Assembly: GCA_041663505.1 (NCBI GenBank)
Contig: JBAYMP010000001.1
Coordinates: 30,400-94,399 of the forward strand
Length of the DNA stretch: 64,000 nt
Direction: 5' to 3'
From: Bacteroidales bacterium
GTDB taxonomy: Bacteria > Bacteroidota > Bacteroidia > Bacteroidales > UBA932
The notes under the pieces were generated by a model. It was not told the DNA's origin and did not search any database. It was given only the letters and a program-made list of their open reading frames with translations. This document shows, one piece after another, positions 20,101-29,607 of the stretch (position 1 is the stretch's first letter; every line of letters starts with the position of its first letter). The position numbers were made by a program, and so were the translations under genes.

Positions 20101-20436
20101 GAGCTGCAACAATTCATAGATGCTATGGTGGACAGATTCGGGCCTATTCCGGAGCAGGTGAAACAACTTGCTTATACTGTAAGATTGCGCAGACTTGCCG
20201 TAGAGCTGGGCTTTGAGAAAATTGTTCTGAAAAACGGAATTATGCTGGCGTACTTTGTAAGCAACCAACTCTCTTCTTATTATAAATCGGAACATTTTGC
20301 AAAAATACTGGAGTTCCTGCAGAAGCAGGCAAAACGGTTCCGTCTGAAGGAACAGAATGACAAACTCTATATTACCGTCAACTCTGTGGATAGCGTGGAG
20401 AGGGCTTACAAAATATTTTTAGAGATGAAGTCATAA
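17128..20436 (+). CDS. mfd: Transcription-repair coupling factor Mfd
   Basis: 1102 aa with helicase motifs GDVGFGKTE, DEEQKFG and QLRGRVGRS, plus UvrB-homology and CarD-like regions. Confidence 0.95.
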   Translation: MKDNNPESCFAEQESNKELIEWIKSSSKDLMVLDGLYSSAKAFAMASAMQEGLHLVLLNNKDAAAYCANDLSSLIDKESVYFFPSSVNYSLRNGVKDSSHLVQRTAAIKAINSYLNGEVKSGRVILVGYPHSVSELFINKKKLQSGILSISKGYTLSHEFIKETLIAYSFEKVDFVTEPGQFALRGGLIDLFSYSDNRPYRIDFFGDTVESIRAFDIESQRSTEEFESIEIFPNIYEGNIKAELIDYFTFTKGKSTIWVTDYDYFTQQIALLKEHQREEEELLDKEAFMSNIERHKRIFFGPLQRSLVAGRTLSYHTTPQPSFNKNFELLARDIADRTAQGYAVSILSDNPNQIERLRQIFSSIEKSNVTFDTQNWSLHEGFIDHISKICLYTDHQIFERYHRVKTQRSVEKSERLTINELNSYQIGDYIVHIDHGVGQFGGLVKTQINGKQQEAVKLIYKDGDVIFVSIHGLHRISRYKSKDSLPPKVYKLGTGAWQKLKSQTKSKIKDIAKDLIDLYSKRRDAKGFAFSNDSYLQNELEASFIYEDTPDQVKATKAVKEDMEQSFPMDRLICGDVGFGKTEIAIRAAFKAVADSKQVALLVPTTILALQHYKTFERRLKDFPCRTEYISRLRDSGEIRDITQDLEKGKVDIIIGTHRLLNKEIKFKDLGLLIIDEEQKFGVAAKERLRQLKLDVDTLTLSATPIPRTLQFSLLGARDLSIINTPPPNRLPVQTEIIDFNEEYIRDAINFEVERGGQVFFVHNRVEDIRAVEDIIRRLCPNVKTCIGHGQMVPAALERVVLDFMAGDYDVLIATTIVENGIDIPNANTIIINQAQNFGLSDLHQLRGRVGRSNNKAFCYLIVPPLISITDDARRRLKAIEAFSDLGSGFNIAMQDLDIRGAGNLLGGEQSGFIADMGFETYQRILSEAFSELREERGLEDIAERGAKEYEYISDCIIDTDLEILIPDDYIGITAEKIRLYKELDAINEEKELQQFIDAMVDRFGPIPEQVKQLAYTVRLRRLAVELGFEKIVLKNGIMLAYFVSNQLSSYYKSEHFAKILEFLQKQAKRFRLKEQNDKLYITVNSVDSVERAYKIFLEMKS

Positions 20437-20456
20437 TCTTAATAACTTTACATATC

Positions 20457-21179
20457 GTGTCAAACCTCATTATTGATATTGGAAATTCATCACTCAAAGC
20501 GGCGTTCGCCGAGGGTATAGTGCTTGGTCAAACCCGTCGTTATCAGGGAGAAAAGGTATTGGAATTTATCAAAAAGCTTACATTGATTAAACGTCCCTCT
20601 GTGATGATTGTCTCTTCGGTCAGGCTTTTCGATGAGAATTTCTATAAGAATCTGGAGGAGGAATGTGATAATCTATTGGTTCTCAATGAAAACACAAAAC
20701 TCTCTATTATAAACAGGTATTTGACACCTGCCACATTGGGTCCGGACAGACTTGCAGCAGCTGTTGCCGCTGCAGAACTTTTCCCGGGCAGGAACTGTAT
20801 AATATTTGACTTTGGAACAGCATTGACTATAGATTTTATAAGTGAAAACAAAGAATTTTATGGAGGTAATATCTCATTGGGCCTAAGAACCAGATTTAAA
20901 GCCTTAAATCATTATACTCAACAACTTCCGCTACTGGAAAACCCGGTCAATTTTAAACCTGTCGGGGGTACTACAAGGGAGGCAATTGAGTCGGGAGTAG
21001 TTTTAGGTCTGATTTTTGAAGTTGAGGGCTACATAAATCGTTTTCCGGATCATACTTTTATATTTACAGGCGGAGATGCGATTTATTTTGCAGGAAAACT
21101 GAAAAGTTCCATATTTGTAGTTTACAATTTAGTGATGATGGGTTTGGCCCGTATAGCAGATTACCATGCGAGATATTAA
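20457..21179 (+). CDS. coaX: Type III pantothenate kinase
   Basis: N-terminal LIIDIGNSSLK, DRLAAAVAA and GGTTREAIESG. It uses a GTG start. Confidence 0.85.
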   Translation: MSNLIIDIGNSSLKAAFAEGIVLGQTRRYQGEKVLEFIKKLTLIKRPSVMIVSSVRLFDENFYKNLEEECDNLLVLNENTKLSIINRYLTPATLGPDRLAAAVAAAELFPGRNCIIFDFGTALTIDFISENKEFYGGNISLGLRTRFKALNHYTQQLPLLENPVNFKPVGGTTREAIESGVVLGLIFEVEGYINRFPDHTFIFTGGDAIYFAGKLKSSIFVVYNLVMMGLARIADYHARY

Positions 21180-22473
21180 AAAAATTCAGAAAGGGGCAAT
21201 TTTACTTGCTCTGCTTCTATTCGGTCAGCAAATTTTTGCTCAGACAACTGATGCTCTCAGTACGTTTACCCCATACTCAATTTTTGGATTGGGCGACGTG
21301 GTAAGGCCGGGCACTGCTTTCAACAAAGGTATGGGCGGAATAGGGATTGGCGTAAAGGACGCCCGTTCGATAAACTATCTCAATCCGGCGGCAATCTCAG
21401 AAAGGGATTCCCTATCATTCATGCTTGATTTCGGAATAGAGCAGAAAAATTTCCACATGTCCGGGAACAATATAAAATCTGCATATGACGCATTCAATAT
21501 GGATCACCTGATCATCACATTGCCGCTTTACAGGAGATCTGCAATTGTTGTAGGTGTCACACCATACAGCAACGTAGGTTATAAATTTGAACAGACCGAG
21601 ACGGATCCCGCATTAGTAGCGGAAATGGGTGACATTAAGTATCAGAGATATGGTACAGGAGGTATCAATCAACTTTTTCTGGGGGGATCCTTAAAACTGT
21701 CAAAGAATTTATCTTTTGGCGCAGAGGGTATCTATTACTTTGGAACAATCGACCGATATTCAAATGTTTTGTTCAACTCAAGCAGTTCGTACAGGAGAAT
21801 AAATACAGGAATGGATTATGTTGTCCATTCTTTTTCAGGAAAGTTAGGTTTGCAATACTCTCTGAATTTGCCCAAAGATATGAACCTCACACTGGGAGCG
21901 ACCTATCTTATAAAATCAAAACTAAGCGGTGACTTTACAAAATATGCCACGGCTGTTGGTGCTACCGGAGCGATTGATACAGTCTCCTATGTTACAACTT
22001 CTGATACTCAGATGGAGATACCTACTGAACTTGGTTTTGGTGTGTCGTTGAGAAAAAACGACAAGTGGATGGTCGGTGCAGACTACATAAGGCAAGATTG
22101 GAGCAACACAACATTTACGGCTACGCCCGGTGTTGATTTTAAAACATCACTGAGCAATACTGTCAGGTTCGGTTTTGAATATACACCAAACCGGTATGAT
22201 GTCCGTTACTATTTGAGACGAGTAACATACAAAGGTGGTGCCTATTATGAAAAATCATACATGAGTATTGGAGGTAACCAGATAAACTCAACCGGCGTGA
22301 CATTAGGTGTCAGCCTGCCAGTCTCAAGAAGATATAATTCAGTGGGATTGTCAGTTGATATGGGACAAAGGGGAAGTTTGAAAAACAACATGGTTAAAGA
22401 GAAGTATCTTATGTTTATCTTTAGCATAGGTCTTCACGATAATTCCTGGTTCCTCAAATACAAATACGACTAA
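21166..22473 (+). CDS. Outer-membrane beta-barrel protein (porin-like), uncharacterised
   Basis: It has a signal peptide, alternating hydrophobic beta-strand patterning and an aromatic-rich C-terminus. It overlaps coaX by 14 nt. Confidence 0.5.
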   Translation: MRDIKKIQKGAILLALLLFGQQIFAQTTDALSTFTPYSIFGLGDVVRPGTAFNKGMGGIGIGVKDARSINYLNPAAISERDSLSFMLDFGIEQKNFHMSGNNIKSAYDAFNMDHLIITLPLYRRSAIVVGVTPYSNVGYKFEQTETDPALVAEMGDIKYQRYGTGGINQLFLGGSLKLSKNLSFGAEGIYYFGTIDRYSNVLFNSSSSYRRINTGMDYVVHSFSGKLGLQYSLNLPKDMNLTLGATYLIKSKLSGDFTKYATAVGATGAIDTVSYVTTSDTQMEIPTELGFGVSLRKNDKWMVGADYIRQDWSNTTFTATPGVDFKTSLSNTVRFGFEYTPNRYDVRYYLRRVTYKGGAYYEKSYMSIGGNQINSTGVTLGVSLPVSRRYNSVGLSVDMGQRGSLKNNMVKEKYLMFIFSIGLHDNSWFLKYKYD

Positions 22474-22503
22474 TTTTATCAATAAAATTTTTTATGATAT
22501 AAT

Positions 22504-23148
22504 ATGTTGAAAAAAGAGGTCAGCAGAGGTTATAGATTTACTTTGGTAGCAGTCACATTTGTGATTGCTACCATCGTTTTGTCTTGTAAAGAACAGATAC
22601 CGGTAACCGTAAGTATTGACTCAGACAAATTTCCGACCCAGATAATTGAGAAAATGTCTTTTCAACAGACAAGTGCCAGTAAGGTTGTCTTAAGGGTAGA
22701 GGCTCCAAAAATGGAGCGTTTTACCCAGGTTAAAGAACCCTATGATAACTTTCCGAAAGGCATAAATGTGAAGGCTTACACCTGGGATGGCCGTTTGGAG
22801 ACAGAAATAAGAGCAAACTTTGCAAAGCATATTCATGCATCGGCAGAGGAGATTTGGGTAGCTAACGGGAATGTTGTGGTGAATAACTATATCAAAGGAG
22901 AGAAAATGGTTACCGATACCTTGTACTGGGACAGGATAAATAAAAAAATATATACCCACTGTTGGGTTAAGCTTACGACACCTGATCTCTTTATGCAGGG
23001 TTATGGGATGGAGTCCGATGATATGGCCAGGAATGCAATCATTTTAAAGCCTTTTGACAGTTACGCAATTGTTGCACGCGACTCATTGGAGGTGCCTTAC
23101 ATTGACTCTATAAATTTCATAGGGCCATTTCCTCGTAAAAAAAAGTAG
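22504..23148 (+). CDS. lptC: LPS export system periplasmic component LptC-like
   Basis: About 210 aa with a single N-terminal TM anchor. Its position in the conserved Bacteroidota coaX-OMP-lptC-CNNM-ppiD arrangement supports the call. Confidence 0.55.
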   Translation: MLKKEVSRGYRFTLVAVTFVIATIVLSCKEQIPVTVSIDSDKFPTQIIEKMSFQQTSASKVVLRVEAPKMERFTQVKEPYDNFPKGINVKAYTWDGRLETEIRANFAKHIHASAEEIWVANGNVVVNNYIKGEKMVTDTLYWDRINKKIYTHCWVKLTTPDLFMQGYGMESDDMARNAIILKPFDSYAIVARDSLEVPYIDSINFIGPFPRKKK

Positions 23149-23149
23149 T

Positions 23150-24307
23150 ATGATAGTCCCAATTATTTTTGCGCTTATATCGCTGATTGTTGTGGCTCTC
23201 TATTCTGCACTGGAGAGGGCTCTTCAATGCTACAACAAGCTACAGGTTGAGGTAGACAAAAAGCAGGGGAAAAAATATGCGGAAAAAATAGACAAATTGT
23301 CCCAGAACAAGGGAGAAGTTATCTCCACTTTTTATATAGGCAGAACTTTGGCTCTTCTTGTCTTCGGACTATCTATGGTTTTTACTTTAGACCCCTGTCT
23401 ATCTCTATGTATTTCACTTAGCCGGGTAATGATCATTATAATAGAGATTGCGGTCGTAATTATTCTGGTTTTTATTGTTGCAGAGCTCGTCCCTTTTGCT
23501 GTCTCTACAATGAATCCCAACAGAGTGCTTGAAAGTTTCTGCTGGTTTGCAGATTTCTCCCATCGCCTCTTCTTGCCATGTGTAAAAAGGAGTGTAAAGC
23601 GAGAAAATACGACGGGCGCACCATCTGAAGATATTGCCATTTTCCAGAATGCTCTCAATTTTTCTGAAGTGGTACTAAGAGAGTGCATGGTTCCCAGAAC
23701 CGAGATATGTGCAATTCCGGAAGAGTCTACTTATGAAGAGCTTCTGGAACAATTTGCAGAGTCAAACTATTCGAGAATCATAGTATACAGGGATAATATC
23801 GATAGAATCATCGGCTATGTTCATTCAAAGGATCTTTTTAATGGGGAAAAACCGGTTAAGGAGCTCTTAAGGGAGATCGACTATCTCCCTGAGACTATGA
23901 GTGCTCAGGCTCTTCTTGCAATGTTTACAAAGAGTAAGAGATCTATTGCTGTTGTTCTGGATGAATATGGCGGAACAGCGGGAATAGTTACTTTAGAAGA
24001 TTTGATTGAAGAGATTTTTGGGGAAATTTCCGACGAGTTAGATAAAGAGGAGTTTATTGAGAAAAAAATCTCCGATAACGAATATATTTTTTCTGCCAGA
24101 ATTGAGATTAAATATCTTAACAGAACGTATGATCTGACACTCCCGGAGTCTGAAGAGTATGAGACCTTAGCTGGTTTAATTACATTTTTCCACGAAAATA
24201 TACCATCAGAGGGAGATGTGCTGGAATATGAAAACTTTCACTTTAAAGTATTAAAAACAACCTTAAACAGAGTTGAAACTGTTGCTTTGAGAATAGTTGA
24301 AGAATAA
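23150..24307 (+). CDS. CNNM/DUF21-CBS-CorC family membrane protein (hemolysin/GldE-like)
   Basis: N-terminal TM helices, a CBS pair, and a C-terminal CorC_HlyC-like domain (FHFKVLKTTLNRVETVALRIV). Confidence 0.8.
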   Translation: MIVPIIFALISLIVVALYSALERALQCYNKLQVEVDKKQGKKYAEKIDKLSQNKGEVISTFYIGRTLALLVFGLSMVFTLDPCLSLCISLSRVMIIIIEIAVVIILVFIVAELVPFAVSTMNPNRVLESFCWFADFSHRLFLPCVKRSVKRENTTGAPSEDIAIFQNALNFSEVVLRECMVPRTEICAIPEESTYEELLEQFAESNYSRIIVYRDNIDRIIGYVHSKDLFNGEKPVKELLREIDYLPETMSAQALLAMFTKSKRSIAVVLDEYGGTAGIVTLEDLIEEIFGEISDELDKEEFIEKKISDNEYIFSARIEIKYLNRTYDLTLPESEEYETLAGLITFFHENIPSEGDVLEYENFHFKVLKTTLNRVETVALRIVEE

Positions 24308-24373
24308 ATAGGTTATAAAAATTTTTTACTACCTTCGCGCTTCATAAGGAAATAACTAAAAAATTTATACAAA

Positions 24374-26479
24374 ATGGCAGTTCTAGAGAAGATCCGCGTT
24401 AAATTTGGTGCTTTTATTACACTTTTAATTGGTGTGGCGCTCCTTTCATTTATAATTGACGCAGACACATTACGATCGGCAATCTCTATGTTTTCTTCTA
24501 AATACGATATAGGAGAGATGAACGGGAAAGCTATATCTTATCAAGATTTTCAAAAAAAGATAGATTACTACACAAAGATTCATGAATTGGCAACCGGTTC
24601 TTCTACAATGGATGAAGAGGCGCAAGAGATGGTGAACCAGAGTGCCTGGCAGGAGCTTATCAGTGAAAATGTACTGATTCCGGCAGTTGAGACAGCAGGT
24701 ATTGCTGTTGGGGATGATGAAATGCTCGACTTAACTCAGGGGTCGCAAATATCTCCTGTTCTTTTGAGAGAACGTTCTTTTATCGGATCTGACGGTCAGT
24801 TCGACAGAAATATGTTGGTTCAGTTTATCAAAGCTATACCTCAGGACAACAGTGGCAACCTCTCTACATACTGGAAATACCTTGAAAGCAGTATTAAAAA
24901 CGAACAGATGGTTACAAAATATATCTCTTTACTCGCAAAAAGCAACATTGCAAACCCTGTTGAGCTGAGGAGATCCATTGAGGAGAACAACGTTACTTCA
25001 GACGTGTCCTTTATTATCCAGCCTTACGGTATTTCTGAAGATTCTACAATCGTTGTAACTAAACAAGAGATTAAAAATTATTACAACAAGTACAAAAACA
25101 ACTTTGAACAAGATGCAAGCAGAGATATTGAGTATGTTGTTTATGAGGTTGTGCCCTCTTTGCAGGATATTAACCTTGCTCAGGCTGACATCAATAAGGT
25201 TTATGACGAGTTTGCATCTACTTCGAATCTAAAAATGTTCCTTGCAAGAAACTCGGATAAGCCATTGGATAATTACTACTACAAAGCCGGTGAATTAGCC
25301 TCAATATCACCAATCCTTGACAGCTTTGCATTTAAAGCAAACCGTTCAAGCGTATTGCCTGTATATCAGGAGGGCAATATTTTCAGAGCTGCCAGAATCA
25401 ACTCTATCAGACAAATTCCGGATTCGATATATGTTCAGCACATACTTATTCAAAACAATAACAAAACATTGGCAAAAGCGCAAGCAGATTCTTTGATCAA
25501 GGCCATCGAGGGTGGTGCAGATTTCAGCGAAGTTGCAGCTGCTAACTCTTTGGACAAGAACCCTAATGCAGCTCCCGGAGAATTGGGATGGATGACTCAA
25601 AGTTATAATATTCCGGGTTTTGACACTTGTTTCTATGCTGCTCCAAATAAATTGTTTACACTTGAATCAAACTACGGTCTGCATATTGTCAGAGTTAAAG
25701 AGAGAACAACTCCTGTAACTAAGGTTCAACTTGCAATTTTGGAAAAAAGTGCTGTAGCAAGCAAAGAGACATACCAAAGCTTCTACTCAAAGGCGAGTAA
25801 TTTGGTTTCCAAATCAGACGGAAAGATTGAATCCTTTAATGCTGCAATAAAGGAACTGAATCTGACTACTGTTCCTGCAAATGGAATTGCTGAGGGGGCA
25901 AAGACTGTTGCCACTTACAAGAATGCAAGAGATATTAGTCGTTGGGTATATGATGCAAAAACAAAAATAGGGGATGTTTCTCAGATTATTTCGGTAGACA
26001 ATAAGTTTTTCTTTGTAGTTGCCCTTACAGGAATACGCGAGGAGGGAATTCCGGAACTTGCAACAATCGAACCGGATATCACTACAATTCTTAAGAGAGA
26101 AAAAGCAAATGAGAAGATGGTGGAAAATGTTCAGGAACAGGTTAAAGGAATGACTAATATGGACGAGATTGCCGCAAAATTGGGTACAACTGTTAACAAG
26201 CAGAATGGTGTCTCGTTTGGTGCCGTCGGATCGCAATCGTTCGATCCTAAGTTTGTAGGATCTGTTGCCGGAGCCAAGGTGAGTACGCTTGTCGGACCTA
26301 TTGGTGGTAATGTTGGTGTTTACATATTTAATGTTGATGCCAGACAAACCGGAGCCTTCTTTACCGAGGACGATGCTAAAGCAAGAAAGAACCAGATATT
26401 CGGATATCAGATTCAGATGTTGCCATCCATACTTGAAAAGGCAGCTGACGTTAAAGATCACAGAGCAAAATTCTTTTAG
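24374..26479 (+). CDS. PpiD/SurA-like periplasmic peptidyl-prolyl isomerase chaperone
   Basis: 701 aa with an N-terminal TM anchor and a parvulin-like segment (VQHILI...ADFSEVAAANS...GELGWMT...GLHIVRV). Confidence 0.8.
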   Translation: MAVLEKIRVKFGAFITLLIGVALLSFIIDADTLRSAISMFSSKYDIGEMNGKAISYQDFQKKIDYYTKIHELATGSSTMDEEAQEMVNQSAWQELISENVLIPAVETAGIAVGDDEMLDLTQGSQISPVLLRERSFIGSDGQFDRNMLVQFIKAIPQDNSGNLSTYWKYLESSIKNEQMVTKYISLLAKSNIANPVELRRSIEENNVTSDVSFIIQPYGISEDSTIVVTKQEIKNYYNKYKNNFEQDASRDIEYVVYEVVPSLQDINLAQADINKVYDEFASTSNLKMFLARNSDKPLDNYYYKAGELASISPILDSFAFKANRSSVLPVYQEGNIFRAARINSIRQIPDSIYVQHILIQNNNKTLAKAQADSLIKAIEGGADFSEVAAANSLDKNPNAAPGELGWMTQSYNIPGFDTCFYAAPNKLFTLESNYGLHIVRVKERTTPVTKVQLAILEKSAVASKETYQSFYSKASNLVSKSDGKIESFNAAIKELNLTTVPANGIAEGAKTVATYKNARDISRWVYDAKTKIGDVSQIISVDNKFFFVVALTGIREEGIPELATIEPDITTILKREKANEKMVENVQEQVKGMTNMDEIAAKLGTTVNKQNGVSFGAVGSQSFDPKFVGSVAGAKVSTLVGPIGGNVGVYIFNVDARQTGAFFTEDDAKARKNQIFGYQIQMLPSILEKAADVKDHRAKFF

Positions 26480-26486
26480 CAGATAA

Positions 26487-27590
26487 TCAGACGTTGAATC
26501 TGAAATGCATTATGTCGCCGTCCTGAACGACATACTCTTTGCCTTCGACGCCCATTTTGCCAGCCTCTTTGCAGGCGGCTTCAGAGCCGTACTTTACATA
26601 GTCTGCATACTTTATGACTTCTGCGCGGATAAAGCCCTTTTCGAAGTCTGTGTGAATAATTCCTGCTGCCTGTGGAGCTTTTGTCCCTTTGTGGAAGGTC
26701 CAGGCTTTAACCTCCTGAATTCCCGCTGTAAAATAGGTTTCAAGATTAAGCAACGAGTATGCTGTACGAATTAGACGTGATACCCCCGATTCTTCAAGTC
26801 CGATTTCGTTGAGAAACATTTGTCTCTCTTCAAAGCTATCAAGTTCAGCAATTTCCGACTCAATTTTTGCAGCAACTATAAGCATCTGAGCATCTTCATC
26901 TTTAATTGCCTCTTTGATCCTCTCCACAAACTGATTGCCCTCTTTTGCGGAGTTTTCGTCTACATTGCAGAGATACAGCACAGGTTTATCGGTGAGCAGG
27001 AAGAGATCCTTTGCAAGCTTTTTGTCTTCTGCATTTTCAATTTGGACGGTTCTTGCAGATTTGCCCTGTTCCAGCACCTTTTTATATTTAACCAGGATTT
27101 CGTACAACCTTTTTGCACTCTTGTCTCCACCAGTCTGTGCCTGCTTCTGGAGTTTTCCTATTCTGCTCTCGATAGTCTCAAGGTCTTTAATCTGAAGTTC
27201 TGTGTCAATTATCTCTTTATCCCGTACAGGATTTACACTTCCGTCCACGTGAACTACATTAGGGTCTTCGAAACAACGCAGAACATGTATAATAGCATCG
27301 GTTTCACGAATGTTGGCAAGGAACTGATTTCCTAAACCTTCGCCTTTGCTGGCTCCTTTTACCAGCCCGGCAATGTCTACAATCTCTACAGTGGCAGGCA
27401 CCACTCTGTGTGGTTTAACAAGCTTTTCAAGCACTTGCAGCCTGTCATCGGGTACTATGGTCGAACCGATGTTCGGCTCAATTGTGCAAAAAGGAAAGTT
27501 TGCAGCTTGTGCCTTGCCGGAACTGATACAATTGAAGAGAGTAGATTTACCGACATTGGGAAGACCTACTATACCGCATTGAAGTGACAT
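26487..27590 (-). CDS. ychF: Ribosome-binding ATPase YchF
   Basis: GIVGLPNVGKSTLFN, and the TGS-like C-terminus DGDIMHFRFNV. Confidence 0.95.
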   Translation of the reverse strand: MSLQCGIVGLPNVGKSTLFNCISSGKAQAANFPFCTIEPNIGSTIVPDDRLQVLEKLVKPHRVVPATVEIVDIAGLVKGASKGEGLGNQFLANIRETDAIIHVLRCFEDPNVVHVDGSVNPVRDKEIIDTELQIKDLETIESRIGKLQKQAQTGGDKSAKRLYEILVKYKKVLEQGKSARTVQIENAEDKKLAKDLFLLTDKPVLYLCNVDENSAKEGNQFVERIKEAIKDEDAQMLIVAAKIESEIAELDSFEERQMFLNEIGLEESGVSRLIRTAYSLLNLETYFTAGIQEVKAWTFHKGTKAPQAAGIIHTDFEKGFIRAEVIKYADYVKYGSEAACKEAGKMGVEGKEYVVQDGDIMHFRFNV

Positions 27591-27760
27591 TTTCCAGAAT
27601 TTTATTATTTGTGACGGTGAAAATAGTTAATTTTTGCGGGAAAATCTAAAATCAGATAAAATTACCATAATATCAGATAATTAGAATGGCATAAAGAAAT
27701 TTAATTCATGTGTTGTTTATACTTTTATGGAAAAGGAATATGGAAAAGGGAAAGAAAAAT

Positions 27761-28804
27761 ATGAAATATAAGAGGAATCTGTTTATTATTGCTTGTATAT
27801 CAATACTATCAATAATGTTTTGTTTCATGGGAGAGGCACAAATAACGGTGCCGGAAGGTGGAAACGCAGGAAACTATACAGTTATGTTCTGGAACCTTGA
27901 AAACTATTTCGACCCTTTTGACGATCCTGCAACCTCCGATGATGAGTTTACGCCGTTTGGAGGGAAATTCTGGAGCTGGAAAAAATATGTGACAAAGAGA
28001 AACAACATAGCCAAAGTAATAATTTCTGCCGGAGAAAAGAATTCGAAGGGGGAGGTAAGCTATCCCTCTCTAATAGCTCTGGCGGAGGTGGAAAACCGTT
28101 TTGTGGTCGAGCAACTGGTAAGATCGACACCGCTCGCTCTTGTAAATTATGGAGTAATCCACAGAGACTCACCCGATGAGAGAGGAATAGATGTTGCTCT
28201 TTTGTACAGAAAGGATGTTTTCAGGCCACTTTCGGTGGAGTTCTTATATATTCACCTTCCGGACTCGTCTTTTAAAACAAGACTGATTTTGTACACTAAA
28301 GGAGTATTGGAAGATCTGGATACACTTCATATTTTTGTCAACCATTGGCCCTCCAAATTCGGCGGAGAGGCCATCTCACAACCAAAAAGAAGAGCGGCTG
28401 CAGATGCTTTAAAATTCAAATGCGATTCTATATTTGTAAAAAATACAAAAGCAAACATTTTGCTTACAGGAGATTTTAATGATACTCCAGATTCACAGGT
28501 ATTTAAGAGTATCAATAATTTTATGAACCTTTCGTGGAGATACTTCAGCATTGGAGAGGGGACAATAAAATATAGGGGTAAATGGGAGTTGATAGACCAG
28601 TTCTTTGTTTCAGAAAATCTCCTGAATAAAAGTGAACCAATATTCTGCGATTCCTGTTCAATGAAAATTTACCGGCCGGGTTTTCTTATGGAAAAGGATA
28701 GAGAGTTCTTGGGCGAAAGGCCTAAACGGAGTTACATAGGACCGAGATACAACGGAGGAATCAGTGATCATCTTCCTGTTATTTTGTCAATCCGGAGAAT
28801 GTAA
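27761..28804 (+). CDS. Endonuclease/exonuclease/phosphatase (EEP) family protein, secreted
   Basis: Signal peptide from MKYKRNLFIIACISILS, EEP-like FWNLENYF, and the C-terminal GGISDHLPV motif. Confidence 0.7.
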   Translation: MKYKRNLFIIACISILSIMFCFMGEAQITVPEGGNAGNYTVMFWNLENYFDPFDDPATSDDEFTPFGGKFWSWKKYVTKRNNIAKVIISAGEKNSKGEVSYPSLIALAEVENRFVVEQLVRSTPLALVNYGVIHRDSPDERGIDVALLYRKDVFRPLSVEFLYIHLPDSSFKTRLILYTKGVLEDLDTLHIFVNHWPSKFGGEAISQPKRRAAADALKFKCDSIFVKNTKANILLTGDFNDTPDSQVFKSINNFMNLSWRYFSIGEGTIKYRGKWELIDQFFVSENLLNKSEPIFCDSCSMKIYRPGFLMEKDREFLGERPKRSYIGPRYNGGISDHLPVILSIRRM

Positions 28805-28815
28805 AACAAAATAGA

Positions 28816-28823
28816 TAACTTTG
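28816..28823 (+). promoter_or_regulatory. Bacteroides-type -7 box TAACTTTG upstream of rsmA
   Basis: Matches TAnnTTTG, 5 nt upstream of the ATG at 28828. This implies a very short leader. Confidence 0.35.
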
Positions 28824-28827
28824 TCCT

Positions 28828-29607
28828 ATGTATGTAAAAGCGAAAAAATCACTCGGGCAACATTTTCTTAAGGATCTTACAATTGCGAAAAGAATAGTGG
28901 AGAGTCTTACTATCGGGGAAAACTCCGATGTTTTGGAGATAGGGCCTGGAACAGGGGTGCTCACTCAATTCTTGATTGAGAATGCCGGAATTAATCTGTA
29001 CGTTGCTGAGATTGACAGAGAATCAGTCGGCTATCTTAAAGTCCATTATCCGCAACTTGGAGAGAGACTTAAGGAAGGAGACTTTCTTAAAATGGATCTT
29101 GCCAGTATTTTCCCTGGTAATTTCTTGATTATAGGTAATTTCCCCTATAACATATCATCTCAGATCTTCTTCAGGGTTCTGGACTACAAAGAGAGGGTTC
29201 CTGTTGTTGTGGGGATGATTCAGAAGGAGGTCGCTGAGAGGCTTGCCTCACCCCCGGGAAACAAGAATTACGGAATACTCTCGGTACTGCTACAGGCTTG
29301 GTACGATATCGAGTATCTTTTTACCGTTGATGAATATGTTTTCAACCCGCCTCCAAAGGTCAAATCTGCTGTAATCAGATTAAAAAGAAATTCGAGAAAA
29401 TCGCTGGAGTGTGATGAAATCCTTTTTAAATTAGTAGTCAAAACAGCCTTCAACCAGAGACGGAAAGCCATCAGAAATTCAATAAAACCTCTGCTGGACG
29501 GAAAAAGTTTACCGGATAACTACTTGCTTGGCCAACGTCCGGAACAACTCTCAGTGGAAGAGTTTGTAGAGCTGACAAAACTTGTTGCCACATCTACTTT
29601 GAGTTGA
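28828..29607 (+). CDS. rsmA: 16S rRNA (adenine1518/1519-N6)-dimethyltransferase
   Basis: KSLGQHFL, the SAM site LEIGPGTGVLT, and GNFPYNISS. Confidence 0.9.
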   Translation: MYVKAKKSLGQHFLKDLTIAKRIVESLTIGENSDVLEIGPGTGVLTQFLIENAGINLYVAEIDRESVGYLKVHYPQLGERLKEGDFLKMDLASIFPGNFLIIGNFPYNISSQIFFRVLDYKERVPVVVGMIQKEVAERLASPPGNKNYGILSVLLQAWYDIEYLFTVDEYVFNPPPKVKSAVIRLKRNSRKSLECDEILFKLVVKTAFNQRRKAIRNSIKPLLDGKSLPDNYLLGQRPEQLSVEEFVELTKLVATSTLS